A DNA stretch of 31,992 bases from a bacterium (GTDB lineage: Bacteria > Zhuqueibacterota > Zhuqueibacteria > Zhuqueibacterales > Zhuqueibacteraceae): positions 1-31,992 of the forward strand of contig JBIOXB010000053.1 in assembly GCA_044869275.1 (NCBI GenBank), written 5' to 3'. Positions 1-9,571 of the stretch are shown here, piece after piece; the stretch's first letter is position 1; every line of letters begins with the position of its first letter. The position numbers and the translations under genes were made by a program. Under the pieces are notes generated by a model, which was given only the letters and a program-made list of their open reading frames with translations, searched no databases and was not told where the DNA came from.

Positions 1-110
1 TTGAACGGTTGAGACAGCGATGGGAGCTTGGTGAAAAACTTTTGACGCAATTAATTGACGATCTAATGAGTGTCGCCGCAGGCCTATTTTTACAGCCTCA
101 AAACACGAAC

Positions 111-692
111 TCAGAAAGTTGAGTTAAAGAGAAATCTCTCCAAATCATCGTCTTCATCTGTGCCATATCGTGCGACAAAGCATTCATAGTCCGTCGCTGT
201 TTTGAAAAACTTCTCTCGATAGCCGGGCACAAACAATTCTCCCCTTCGCACTTCGATAAACTCCAGGTAGATTGAGAAAGGCCAGTCTCGCAAGTCTATC
301 ACAATGCCATCCTTCTTGGGATTGACATGAATATAGCGGCAGAGCAGAATTTGATAGCGGTCGCTGTGCACATGTACATGCCGAAAACGTTCATAAAAGA
401 GCGGGCCGCTGCGTTGATAGCGTTTATTGATCGCCTGCACGTAGCTTTGCTGGAGCTTTCTCATGAATACAGAAAGATTATGCTGTTTTTGAGGTTGGAG
501 CATGAAGTGAAAGTGATTGGGCATCAAGCAGTAGGCAATGATGTTTATCGCGAACTTGTAGCAGTATTTCTTGAGCAGGCGCAGAAAGTAAAGATAGTTG
601 TCGGTTTCGAAGAAAATTTTCTGGCGATCCCAGCCGCGGTGATAGATGTGGTAATACTCGCCGGCTTGAAATTCGATGTAACGATAAGGCAT
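111..692 (-). CDS. REP-associated tyrosine transposase (RAYT, Y1/HUH, IS200-like fold)
   Basis: YYHIYHRG N-terminal motif, AYCLMPNHFH (HUH) and YIHVNP (catalytic Tyr). Start placed at ATG 692 (MPYRYIEF) rather than the ORF-track start at 779. Confidence 0.85.
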   Translation of the reverse strand: MPYRYIEFQAGEYYHIYHRGWDRQKIFFETDNYLYFLRLLKKYCYKFAINIIAYCLMPNHFHFMLQPQKQHNLSVFMRKLQQSYVQAINKRYQRSGPLFYERFRHVHVHSDRYQILLCRYIHVNPKKDGIVIDLRDWPFSIYLEFIEVRRGELFVPGYREKFFKTATDYECFVARYGTDEDDDLERFLFNSTF

Positions 693-1135
693 TGGTGGGC
701 CCTCCAGTTTTAGCACCCCGTTTTGACTTCCCGTATTACCGGGCGGTTGCTTATAAAGGCCGTGAAAGCTTATTGGCATCTTGGCGTCAACTAGCGCACC
801 GCCCGGACGGTTGTGTCGAATCTAATCTATTCACAGCGGAGAATCAACATCTGAGCTTTACTGTTTGACATATTTGTCAAGCACCTGCTGCACTGCTTTT
901 GGATCATAAAGCTCCTTTTCCAACTATTCAGCCGCTCAGGAGTTGATCCCAACGGATTCGGGATCGGTACAGCCCATGCGCGCTGCTCATTCATTAACAC
1001 ACGGCATACGGGACACCCGGCATACAGCGCTTGCAAAAGCATGGCCACAAGCGTATATTGCATTTACTGACCGGACACTCGAAGCGCGAGTCAGTAAAAA
1101 TGTGAGGAAGGGAGTCATTTACTACAGCCGCATTC

Positions 1136-1828
1136 ATGGCCAAAATCGCCGTCGTCATTCCCGCCTATAACGAAGCCCTTTCCATCGGCAAAGTCGTTGC
1201 AGAAATCCCCAAAAAACTGATCCATGAAATTATCGTCGTAGACAATGCTTCTACTGATGATACGGCCAGGATCGCGCAGGCAGCGGGCGCGCGCGTCGAA
1301 TACGAGCCGGAGCCGGGCTATGGCGCTGCCTGTTTGCGTGGCATCGCCAAAGCCAAAGAACTCGGCGCTGATTTGATCGTGTTCATGGACGGCGACTACA
1401 GCGACTACGGCGACGAGATTGGGCTTTTACTCGATCCCATTCTCAAAAACGAATGCGACATGGTCATCGGCTCGCGCGCATTGGGAGTGGCGGAGAAAGG
1501 CGCGCTCACGCCACAGCAGCGTTATGGCAACCAACTCGCATGTTTTCTCATGCGCCATCTGCTCGGCGCGCATTACACCGATCTCGGTCCGTTTCGTGCA
1601 ATCTCTATGTCAGCCTTGGACAAAATCGGCATGCGGGACCGCAACTATGGCTGGACCGTGGAAATGCAAATCAAAGCGCATGAGAAGGGGCTGCGCGTGA
1701 AGGAAGTTCCAGTGCGCTATCGCAAGCGCATCGGCAAGTCCAAAGTCTCGGGCACGGTGAAAGGCGTGGTCATGGCGGGATATAAGATCATCTTCACGAT
1801 TCTGCGGCACGGCCGGTGGGGAGTGTGA
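1136..1828 (+). CDS. Glycosyltransferase family 2 (DPM1-like)
   Basis: VVIPAYNE, IIVVDNASTD, GYGAA, FMDGD, VIGSR, EVPVRYRKR.GKSK motifs; GGGAG upstream. Confidence 0.92.
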   Translation: MAKIAVVIPAYNEALSIGKVVAEIPKKLIHEIIVVDNASTDDTARIAQAAGARVEYEPEPGYGAACLRGIAKAKELGADLIVFMDGDYSDYGDEIGLLLDPILKNECDMVIGSRALGVAEKGALTPQQRYGNQLACFLMRHLLGAHYTDLGPFRAISMSALDKIGMRDRNYGWTVEMQIKAHEKGLRVKEVPVRYRKRIGKSKVSGTVKGVVMAGYKIIFTILRHGRWGV

Positions 1829-2024
1829 GACGGGGTGACTGGGAGGCAAGGTGACTGGGGGACTGGGAGATTGGGAGACGGGGAGATGGGGAGACGGGGA
1901 GATTGGGGGACTGGGAGATTGGGAGCGTACAACCAGCCCATCTCACCCACTCACCCCGTCTCCCCATCACCCCATCACCCCATCTCCCCATCTCCCCATC
2001 TCCCCATCTCCCCATCTCCCCGTC
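1826..2024. repeat. Inverted array of 8-bp G-rich/C-rich tandem repeats
   Basis: About 12 GGGAGA(C/T)(G/T)-like units (1826-1925), a short spacer, then complementary CCCCATC(T/A) units (about 1937-2024). Confidence 0.9.
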
Positions 2025-2053
2025 TCGAAGTCCCAACTCGCGGATGTTTTCAC

Positions 2054-2082
2054 TTGACTTTTCTTGACTTCAAAACTACATT
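2054..2082 (+). promoter_or_regulatory. Putative sigma70 promoter for the DAK2-DegV/plsY run
   Basis: TTGACT (2054)-17 nt-TACATT (2077) in an AT-rich stretch upstream of the gene. Confidence 0.4.
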
Positions 2083-2163
2083 TATAAGTCTTTTCCCTGT
2101 GCTGCTTTAATTAAGTGTAATACTGTAAATAGTACGTTGCTCACTCAGCGGAGAATGCTGCGC

Positions 2164-3957
2164 ATGCCAGTCACCTATTTGGATGGTCCGCGTTTGAAGC
2201 ACGCCGTGGTAGCCGGAGCGCAGCGGCTGATTTCAATGCAAGAGCAACTTAACAACATCAACGTCTTTCCCGTGCCCGACGCCGACACCGGCACCAACAT
2301 GGCGCTCACCATGCGCAGCGTGGCCGATGGCGCATTGAATTGCAATGAAAGCTCGGTGCATGCCATGAGTGTGGCTTTGGCCGATTCCGCTTTGATGGGG
2401 GCACGTGGCAATTCCGGGGCTATTCTGGCGCAATTCTTTCAGGGATTGTCCGAAGGTTTTCAAGGCAAAGCGCGCTCGAGTATCTCTGATTTCGCCCGTG
2501 CGGTCAATCATGCCTCGCGCGCCTCGCGCGAAGCCATCGCCGAGCCGCGCGATGGCACCATTCTCACCGTGATTCAAGATTGGGCCATATATATTCAGGA
2601 AACTTGGGGAAAAGCCGCGGATTTTCCCACGTTGATTCGCCAGTCCTTGCGCGCCGCGACCGATTCGCTGCAGCGCACGCCGGAAAAACTCAAAGTGCTG
2701 GCCAAGGCCGGCGTGGTCGATGCCGGCGCGCAAGGCTTCGTGCATTTGCTCGAAGGCATTACCAGCTTCATGCAATCCGGCAAGATCGAGCGGCTCGCGC
2801 GCGGCGTGCTGAATTTTGCCAATATCAAAGCGAAGGTCGAAGAATCGCCGGAGGCGATCACGTTTCAATATTGCACGCAAGCCTTTGTGGTGGGAACCGA
2901 CATCGATCGCCAGGCCCTCAAAATGCGTCTGCAGCCGCTGGGCGATTCCATGATTGTCGCGGGCTCGAATGCGCGCGTGCGCATTCACATTCACACCAAT
3001 GAGCCGGAGAAAGTTTTTACCCTGGCGCGCGAGTACGGCGAATTGACGGACGCGCGCCACGACGACATGCGCAACCAGCACCATGCCGCGCATCACGATC
3101 CTGAAAAACAAACCGTGGCGATCATCACCGATTCCTCCTGCGATCTGCCTTCGGATGATTTCATCAAAAAAAACATCCGCATGGTGCCGGTGCTGGTGAT
3201 TTTCGGCAACAACAGCTACGTCGATAAAGTCACCATCACCGATCGCGAGTTTTATCGCATGCTGGAGGAATCGCCCAAGCCGCCGACGACTTCGCAGCCG
3301 GCGCCGGCGGATTTTCGCGAGGCGTATCAGCAGGCGGCGCTCAATCATCGCGAAGCCGTGGCGATCATTCTCTCGGGCGCGGCCAGCGGTACGCTGCAGG
3401 CCGCGGCGCGCGCGGCGGAGATGGTGAAGAATGATATCAAAGTGCGCGTCATCGATTCCAAAAATGTAACCGTGGGGCTGGGCTTGATCGTGCGCGAAGC
3501 GGCCGAACTGGCGGCGGCGGGCGCGAGCGTCGAGGAAATCATACAGCGTGCGGAATGGGCGGTGCGCAACGTGCGCGTCTTCATCAGCGTGGAAACCATG
3601 ACGCATCTGGTGCGCGGCGGGCGAGTTTCGCGATTTCGCGGCGTGCTCGCCAACTTGTTGAATCTCAAGCCGATTCTCGTCATGAATGCGGAGGGCAAGC
3701 CGGAAGCGGTGGCCAAGACCTTCGGCGGGCGGTCCGGGCATCTCAAGCTTTTCGAAATGGTCAAGGAACAAGCCGCGCGCCGTCGCAATTTGCGCTTTAT
3801 GGTCGCGCATGCCCGTGCACCCGAAACCGCCGCATTTTACGCCGACCAAATTCGCCGGCATTTCGAGGCGCGCGAGATTCCTATCGTTTCCGTTTCGCCC
3901 GCACTCGGGGCGCATGCCGGCCCGGGCGCTGCCGGCATTGCATTTTTAGGAGAATGA
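2164..3957 (+). CDS. DAK2 (FakA-like) / DegV (FakB-like) fusion, putative fatty acid kinase
   Basis: N-terminal LNNINVFPVPDADTGTNM, GARGNSG, GVVDAGAQG; middle YCT..RIHIHT; C-terminal DegV motifs ITDSSCDL, TTSQP, SGT, RGGR, HAGPG. GGAG at 2150 favours ATG 2164 (2155 is an alternative). Confidence 0.88.
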   Translation: MPVTYLDGPRLKHAVVAGAQRLISMQEQLNNINVFPVPDADTGTNMALTMRSVADGALNCNESSVHAMSVALADSALMGARGNSGAILAQFFQGLSEGFQGKARSSISDFARAVNHASRASREAIAEPRDGTILTVIQDWAIYIQETWGKAADFPTLIRQSLRAATDSLQRTPEKLKVLAKAGVVDAGAQGFVHLLEGITSFMQSGKIERLARGVLNFANIKAKVEESPEAITFQYCTQAFVVGTDIDRQALKMRLQPLGDSMIVAGSNARVRIHIHTNEPEKVFTLAREYGELTDARHDDMRNQHHAAHHDPEKQTVAIITDSSCDLPSDDFIKKNIRMVPVLVIFGNNSYVDKVTITDREFYRMLEESPKPPTTSQPAPADFREAYQQAALNHREAVAIILSGAASGTLQAAARAAEMVKNDIKVRVIDSKNVTVGLGLIVREAAELAAAGASVEEIIQRAEWAVRNVRVFISVETMTHLVRGGRVSRFRGVLANLLNLKPILVMNAEGKPEAVAKTFGGRSGHLKLFEMVKEQAARRRNLRFMVAHARAPETAAFYADQIRRHFEAREIPIVSVSPALGAHAGPGAAGIAFLGE

Positions 3958-3960
3958 GAG

Positions 3961-4035
3961 GTGAGGCGTAATAGGTGATTTGTAATGCGTAATACGTGAT
4001 TCGTAATTTACGCATTACGCATCACGTGTTACGAA
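3961..4035. repeat. Inverted heptamer tandem array (GTRATNC / TTACGCA)
   Basis: gtgaggc gtaatag gtgattt gtaatgc gtaatac gtgattc gtaat, then ttacgca ttacgca tcacgtg ttacgaa. Confidence 0.75.
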
Positions 4036-4082
4036 CCCTCTATCCTGGCGCAAGCCAAGCCTGCATTCTGGAGCTACCACGC

Positions 4083-4739
4083 ATGTTTTCTTTTCTTGCG
4101 GCTGTGCTCGTTTCGTATTTGGTCGGATCGATCCCGACGTCTATTGTCGCTGGAAAAGCCATGCGCGGCCGCGATTTTGATATTCGCCAGCAAGGCAGCG
4201 GCAACGCCGGCGGCACCAATGTGTTTCGCGTGCTGGGCTGGAAACCCGGCATTGTGGTTATGCTCATTGACGCCTTCAAGGGCTTCGCCGCGACTTTGTG
4301 GATCTCAAAATGGCAACCCTTCGGGCCCTCGCCCATTGGCGATGAAGTCATGCCGATTCTGTGCGGCGTGGCCGCAGTGCTCGGGCACATTTGGACGGTC
4401 TTCGCCGATTTTCGCGGTGGCAAGGGCGTGGGCACGGCGAGCGGCATGGTGGTCGCGCTCTATCCCGTGGCGGCTTTGATTTGTTTCGTGATATTCGTGG
4501 CGGTGGTTTATCTCACGCGTTATGTTTCATTGGGTTCATTGCTGGCCGCCGCCTGTTTGCCGTTGATCCTCTGGCTGGGCGAAAAATTCTTTAGGCAGGC
4601 GGTGCCCGGGCCGATGTTTCAGTTCAGCCTGGTGCTCGTCGTTTTGATTTTTTATACGCACCGCCAAAACCTTCGGCGCTTGCTGGCAGGAACGGAGAAT
4701 CGCTTCGGGCAAAAACGCGAAGCGCAGGCGCCTTCGTAA
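4083..4739 (+). CDS. plsY: Glycerol-3-phosphate acyltransferase (acyl-phosphate dependent)
   Basis: SYLVGSIP, DIRQQGSGNAGGTNVFR, DAFKG, LGHIW..F..FRGGKGV, TRYVSLGS, HRQNLRRL..GTE; GGAG RBS before ATG 4083. Confidence 0.95.
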   Translation: MFSFLAAVLVSYLVGSIPTSIVAGKAMRGRDFDIRQQGSGNAGGTNVFRVLGWKPGIVVMLIDAFKGFAATLWISKWQPFGPSPIGDEVMPILCGVAAVLGHIWTVFADFRGGKGVGTASGMVVALYPVAALICFVIFVAVVYLTRYVSLGSLLAAACLPLILWLGEKFFRQAVPGPMFQFSLVLVVLIFYTHRQNLRRLLAGTENRFGQKREAQAPS

Positions 4740-4772
4740 GGGATTTTTCTGCAAACGGATGGAGAGAATAGA

Positions 4773-5633
4773 GTGAAGAGATCGTCGAACGAAATCAAGG
4801 CTCTCATCACGCTGCTCGGCGACGAAGATGATCACGTGCGCGCGATTGCACGCGAGCACCTTTTGCAAATCGGGCGGGAGGCGGAAGAATATCTGCACGC
4901 CGCGACCGTCACGGACCTCGAGGGCAAGGTTCGCATCGAAGCGCGCCACGTTTTGGAAAAAATCCGCCAGGAAGATTTGATCGGGTCCTTTTATTTGTTC
5001 GGATTGTTGGAAGACGATCAAATTGATCTGGAACACGCCGCGTTCTTGCTGGCGCGCATCGGTTATTCGGATCTGCAAATCGCGCCTTGCCAGCAAGAGC
5101 TGGATCGCCTGGCGAGGTCGATCGCGCCGCGCATCGCGCACTTGAATCCCTGGCGCGACGGCCGCGAGATTATCGAAGCGAGCAATGCCGTCTTGTTCGA
5201 GAAGGAAGGGTTCTCCGGCAATGTCGAAGAATACTATGATCCGGACAACTCTTATCTCAACCGCGTGCTCGAACGCCGTACCGGCATTCCGGTGTCGCTG
5301 TCGGTGATTTACTTGCTGGTGTCGCGGCGCCTGCATTTGCCCGTGCGCGGCGTCAGCATGCCGGTGCATTTCATTTGCCAATATCACACCCCCCAGGAAT
5401 CTTTTTATTTCGACCCTTTCAACAAGGGCCGCATCGTGACGCGCGCGGAGTGCGCGAAGATGCTGCAAGGCTCCGGCCATGTTTTCGAAGACGCATTTCT
5501 CCAGCCGGCGCCGGCCCGCAAAATCCTCGCACGCATGCTGCGCAACCTCGTCTGGATTTATTTCCAGCGTGAGGACATGGCCAAAACCGAATTGTTGGAT
5601 CGCCTTTTGAAAATGTTGCGCCCGCCGGAGTAG
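4773..5633 (+). CDS. SirB1-like / transglutaminase-like core protein with N-terminal helical region
   Basis: GFSGN..EYYDPDNSYLNRVLERRTGIPVSLS, GVSMPVHF, YFDPFNKG, ILARMLRNL; GTG start. Confidence 0.85.
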   Translation: MKRSSNEIKALITLLGDEDDHVRAIAREHLLQIGREAEEYLHAATVTDLEGKVRIEARHVLEKIRQEDLIGSFYLFGLLEDDQIDLEHAAFLLARIGYSDLQIAPCQQELDRLARSIAPRIAHLNPWRDGREIIEASNAVLFEKEGFSGNVEEYYDPDNSYLNRVLERRTGIPVSLSVIYLLVSRRLHLPVRGVSMPVHFICQYHTPQESFYFDPFNKGRIVTRAECAKMLQGSGHVFEDAFLQPAPARKILARMLRNLVWIYFQREDMAKTELLDRLLKMLRPPE

Positions 5634-5670
5634 CAGAACGCTGAATTTTTTCTATTGAAGGGAAGAGTTG

Positions 5671-6477
5671 ATGAAGTGCTCAAATTGCGGTACCGATCTG
5701 CAAGCCCATAGCCATTTTTGTTCGCATTGTGGGACTAAAGTGAATATCGCAGGCAATGATAAGTGCGCCGCGTGTGGCGCGGCGTTGAAGGCGAACGCCA
5801 GATTTTGCCAGCAATGCGGCCATGCCGTAGCGGAGCCGGGAGCGAGCGGATTGGCGCCGAATATGGAACAAGAAATTTTTGCCGCCGAGGAAAAGCCGCA
5901 GCGGCCGGTATGGATGACGTTGTTGCCTTTGCTTGGCAGCATTGCGGTGGTCGGCATTTTATTTCTGCTCTTTTACCCGCGCTCCAATCCGCAGCCGGCA
6001 GCTATGCCGGCCGGCAGTGGCCAGGCCGCGCCGAGTCAGAATGAAGAATTCGACATGTCGGCGATGGCGCCGGTGTTCCGGCAAATTGATTCACTCAAAA
6101 GCACGGTCGCACAAGATCCCAAAAACGTCGAGGCCTTGACGCATTTGGCGGCCCTGTACGACATGGCGGGCAAATACGACCAGGCGGCGATCTACTATAA
6201 TGACATTCTCAAAGCCATGCCCGAAAACGTCGAAGCCCGCATGAATCTTGCTGGTGCGTATTTCAATCTTGGGCAGCGCGAGCAAGCTCTGGCGGAGTTG
6301 AGTACCGTGTTGAAGTATCGCCCAAACTACGACTACGCCATGTACAACATGGGCGTCATCTACGCGGCGATGTCTGAAACCGGCAAAGCACGGGAATGGT
6401 GGAACAAAGTCATGACCGGCAGCCCCACCAGCGATCTGGCGCGCCGCGCCATGGAGGGGATGAAGATGTTGAAGTAG
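5671..6477 (+). CDS. Double zinc-ribbon, single TM, TPR protein
   Basis: CSNCG..FCSHCG and CAACG..FCQQCG; hydrophobic helix LLPLLGSIAVVGILFLLF; C-terminal TPR-like repeats. Confidence 0.8.
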   Translation: MKCSNCGTDLQAHSHFCSHCGTKVNIAGNDKCAACGAALKANARFCQQCGHAVAEPGASGLAPNMEQEIFAAEEKPQRPVWMTLLPLLGSIAVVGILFLLFYPRSNPQPAAMPAGSGQAAPSQNEEFDMSAMAPVFRQIDSLKSTVAQDPKNVEALTHLAALYDMAGKYDQAAIYYNDILKAMPENVEARMNLAGAYFNLGQREQALAELSTVLKYRPNYDYAMYNMGVIYAAMSETGKAREWWNKVMTGSPTSDLARRAMEGMKMLK

Positions 6478-6507
6478 TGATGAGCGTAGGCAGAAAAGCT
6501 ACCTTAA

Positions 6508-6568
6508 TTTTGTAAAACGTTACACGTTACACCTTACACGTGTAAAGTGTAAAGTGTAACGTGCAAAA
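6508..6568. repeat. Inverted heptamer array (TTACACG x3 / TGTAAAG x3), no spacer
   Basis: cgttaca cgttaca ccttaca cg tgtaaag tgtaaag tgtaacg, centred on CACGTG. Confidence 0.8.
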
Positions 6569-6621
6569 AAAACCTTTGTCTTCTGCGAAGAGATGATTTT
6601 TGCTCAAAGGAGGAAGCAGGA

Positions 6622-7038
6622 ATGCCGACCGTCTATTTCGAGGCCGAGAATCGCAAGGTGGAAGTGCCCGAAGGAACGACGCTGCGTAAAGCGGCGAAAA
6701 AAGCCGGGGTGAGCGTCTATGGCAGCGTCAATAAAGTTCTGAACTGCCGCGGTTTCGGTTTGTGCGGCACCGATCGCGTGCTGGTGTCGCCGCATGAATG
6801 CATCAACCAGCCAACCTTCTTCGAGAAATTGTCCGCCGGCGAGAATGCGAAGGTGCGGTTGGCATGCCAGACGAAAATCGCCGGTGACGTCGTGGTCGAC
6901 ACTGCCCCCGCCATGGAATTCGGCATCGAAATGCTCGATACGTTCAAATTCGGTTTGCTTGCCGGTGTGTTTGGACTCCTCACTTTGGCCGCGATCATCT
7001 TCATGATATTTGAGATGGTTGGCAAGCCTCTCTTCTAA
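6622..7038 (+). CDS. Beta-grasp 2Fe-2S ferredoxin-like protein with C-terminal membrane helix
   Basis: VEVPEGTTLR, NCRGFGLCGTD, RLACQ; hydrophobic C-terminus; AGGAGG RBS. Confidence 0.8.
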   Translation: MPTVYFEAENRKVEVPEGTTLRKAAKKAGVSVYGSVNKVLNCRGFGLCGTDRVLVSPHECINQPTFFEKLSAGENAKVRLACQTKIAGDVVVDTAPAMEFGIEMLDTFKFGLLAGVFGLLTLAAIIFMIFEMVGKPLF

Positions 7039-7044
7039 AAACAA

Positions 7045-7205
7045 GGATTGATGGAATGTTGGATCGATGGATTGATGGATCGATGGATCGATGGATCGAT
7101 GGATTGACAGATTAATGGATTAATGGAAACTCATTACTTCATCATTCCAATAATCCATCAATCCAGTAATCCAGCAATCCAATAATCCATCAATCCTGCA
7201 ATCCA
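7045..7205. repeat. Inverted 8-bp tandem array (GGAT(T/C)GAT / AATCCANN)
   Basis: About 10 GGATYGAT-like units, then about 7 complementary units after a short spacer. Confidence 0.9.
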
Positions 7206-7239
7206 AACTGCCACTTTGTAAAATTCTTGGTCAACTGGG

Positions 7240-7560
7240 ATGCCTCGTTTCGAAAAGCACATATTCATTTGCACCAATGAACGCCCGCCGGAGGATCCCA
7301 AAGGCTGCTGCGCGGCGAAAAACGCGCGGGAAATCGCGGCATGTTTCAAACAAGAGCTGCACCGGCGAGGTTTGAAGGGCAAAATACGCGCGAATAAGGC
7401 GGGTTGTTTGGACTTGTGCGAGCTCGGGCCGACGGTGGTGGTTTATCCCGAAGGCATTTGGTATAAACAGGTCACGATAGCGGACGTGCCGGAAATCATC
7501 GAATCGCATTTGCTCGGCAATCGCCCAGTGGAAAGATTGCGCGTGGCCGATGATGCTTGA
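7240..7560 (+). CDS. Thioredoxin-like (2Fe-2S) ferredoxin
   Basis: HIFICTNER..KGCC, RANKAGCLDLCELGPTVVVYPEGIWY, IIESHL..PVERL. Confidence 0.9.
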   Translation: MPRFEKHIFICTNERPPEDPKGCCAAKNAREIAACFKQELHRRGLKGKIRANKAGCLDLCELGPTVVVYPEGIWYKQVTIADVPEIIESHLLGNRPVERLRVADDA

Positions 7561-7625
7561 CAGCGGCTGCGCACGGCCGAAATGAAGGAAAGGGATGAAC
7601 CAAAACACTAAACCGTGAGGGCGGA

Positions 7626-9401
7626 ATGACGCCTCGCTCCATCCATGATCTCCTGCAAGAGGTGTGCGCCAAGTACGCCAGTCAGACAGCCTATCAATAC
7701 AAACGCCAAGGAAGCTGGAAGAATGTGACCTGGGCGGACCATCAAATCGCGTGTCAAAAAATCGCAAAAAGCCTGATCGCGCTCGGCATGAAAAAGGGCG
7801 AGCGCGTGGGCATTCTGAGCCAGACGCGGCTGGAATGGGTGCAATGTGATTTCGGCATCATCAGCAGCGGCGGGGTGACCGTCGGCATTTATCCCACCAA
7901 TCTCGCGCCGGATTGCGCCTATATCGTCAATCATAGCGACATGCAGATTGCTTTTGTTGAAAACAAGGAACAATTGGACAAGCTATTTTCTGTGCGCGCT
8001 GATATTTCCCGTGTGCGCAGATTCATTCTTTACCAGGGGCCGGGCGACGCGGAGAAAAATGTCTTGTCTTGGGAGGATTTTTTAGAGCTTGGGCAAAGCC
8101 TTGACGACGCCGCGCTGGCGGAGCGCGTGCAGAGTTTGCAGCCGGACGACCTCGCCTCTTTGGTATATACTTCCGGCACCACGGGCGTGCCCAAAGGCGC
8201 CATGATCACCCATCGCAATCTGATTTTTGTCGCGCAGTCGGCTTCGGACTCCCTGTACCTGCGTAGCGATTTCGTTACGCTGCTGTTTCTGCCGCTGGCG
8301 CACGTGTTTGCCCGCCTCATTGTGTATTTTTGCATGCGCAACGGTATTGCCATCGCCTTTGCCGAGAGCATCGAGAAAGTAGCGGAGAATTTGAAAGAAG
8401 TCCGGCCGCACTTTATCGCGAGCGTGCCGCGCATATTCGAGAAAATCTACACCAAGGTCCTGAGCGGGGTGCAGCAGGCCGGCGGCCTCAAAGCCGCTTT
8501 GTTCCACTGGGCTTTGCACACCGGCTCTCAGGTCAGCGGCTTGCAGCAGAAGCAGCAAAGGATTCCCGCATTGCTGCGCCGCAAACATGCCGTGGCCCGC
8601 AAGCTGGTGCTGCACAAAATCGAGGATGCCTTCGGCGGCCGATTGCTCTGGGCGGTTTCGGGCGCGGCACCGTTGAACAAGAGCATCGCGGAATTCTTTC
8701 ACGCCTGCGGCGTGTTGATTCTCGAAGGCATCGGCATGACGGAAAACACCTCATTCACCAACGTGAATCGTTACGACCACAACAAATTCGGCACCGTTGG
8801 GCCGGTGGGGCCGGGCCTCGAAATGAAGCTAGCGCCGGACGGCGAAATTCTGTTCCGGGGCCCGAACGTGATGAAAGGGTATTTCAAAGACCCGCAAGCC
8901 ACGACGGAAGCCATCGATCAGGAAGGCTGGCTGCACAGCGGCGACGTCGGTGAAATTGATGAAGAAGGCTTCCTCAAAATCACCGATCGCAAAAAGGATT
9001 TGATCATCACCGCCGGCGGCAAGAACATCGCGCCGCAGCGCATCGAGAAGATACTGTGCACTTCGCCCTTCATCAGCCAGGCCATGGCTTTTGGCGACCG
9101 GAAAAAATACGTGACGGCCTTGATCACGCTCAACCCGGATAATGTCGTACCCTGGGCCAAAACGCAAGGCCTGACCTTCAAAGATATGGCAGAGCTGGCA
9201 CAGCATCCGCGGGTGAAAGAACTGATTGATAAAGAAGTCGACGAAAAAAACCAAATGCTGGCTTCGTTCGAATCCGTCAAAAAAATACGCATTCTGACCA
9301 AGGATTTTTCGATTGCCGATGGTGAATTGACGCCGACCTTGAAAATCAAGCGCAAGAAGGTAACGGAAAAGTATCGCGAGGTATTGGAAGAGATGTATTA
9401 A
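7626..9401 (+). CDS. Long-chain fatty acid--CoA ligase (AMP-binding, FadD15-like)
   Basis: YTSGTTGVPKG, LPLAHVF, SGAAPL, EGIGMTE, GWLHSGDVG, ITDRKKDLII..GGKNIAP, LTPTLKIKR. Confidence 0.93.
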   Translation: MTPRSIHDLLQEVCAKYASQTAYQYKRQGSWKNVTWADHQIACQKIAKSLIALGMKKGERVGILSQTRLEWVQCDFGIISSGGVTVGIYPTNLAPDCAYIVNHSDMQIAFVENKEQLDKLFSVRADISRVRRFILYQGPGDAEKNVLSWEDFLELGQSLDDAALAERVQSLQPDDLASLVYTSGTTGVPKGAMITHRNLIFVAQSASDSLYLRSDFVTLLFLPLAHVFARLIVYFCMRNGIAIAFAESIEKVAENLKEVRPHFIASVPRIFEKIYTKVLSGVQQAGGLKAALFHWALHTGSQVSGLQQKQQRIPALLRRKHAVARKLVLHKIEDAFGGRLLWAVSGAAPLNKSIAEFFHACGVLILEGIGMTENTSFTNVNRYDHNKFGTVGPVGPGLEMKLAPDGEILFRGPNVMKGYFKDPQATTEAIDQEGWLHSGDVGEIDEEGFLKITDRKKDLIITAGGKNIAPQRIEKILCTSPFISQAMAFGDRKKYVTALITLNPDNVVPWAKTQGLTFKDMAELAQHPRVKELIDKEVDEKNQMLASFESVKKIRILTKDFSIADGELTPTLKIKRKKVTEKYREVLEEMY

Positions 9402-9444
9402 ACAAATAGCTGTTACCGCAGACCCTCCTTATCAAGACCCATAA

Positions 9445-9571
9445 TGTGTGAAAACTTGGGAAGGCCGCACCCTGAGCGCCGACGAAAGGTGCTGCCTTCG
9501 ACAAGCTCAGGCTGCGATAGCCTCAGGCTTCGACAAGCTCAGCCTGCGTTGGCGCCAAGCGTTTTCACACA
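9445..9571. mobile_element. Putative MITE: 11-bp perfect terminal inverted repeats enclosing CTTCGACAAGCTCAG REP-like units
   Basis: TGTGTGAAAAC (9445-9455) / GTTTTCACACA (9561-9571); inside lie CCTGAGCGCCGACGAAAGG and two CTTCGACAAGCTCAG copies. Confidence 0.55.

Noticed and set aside
1717..2110. Short ORFs with SPHLPI or GDGEMG repeats
   Set aside because: Translations of the 8-bp repeat array in several frames; no coding evidence.
2233..3915. Long antisense ORFs (also 16395-17420, 17826-19082, 22208-23632, 25434-26453)
   Set aside because: Shadow frames opposite well-supported genes in GC-rich DNA.
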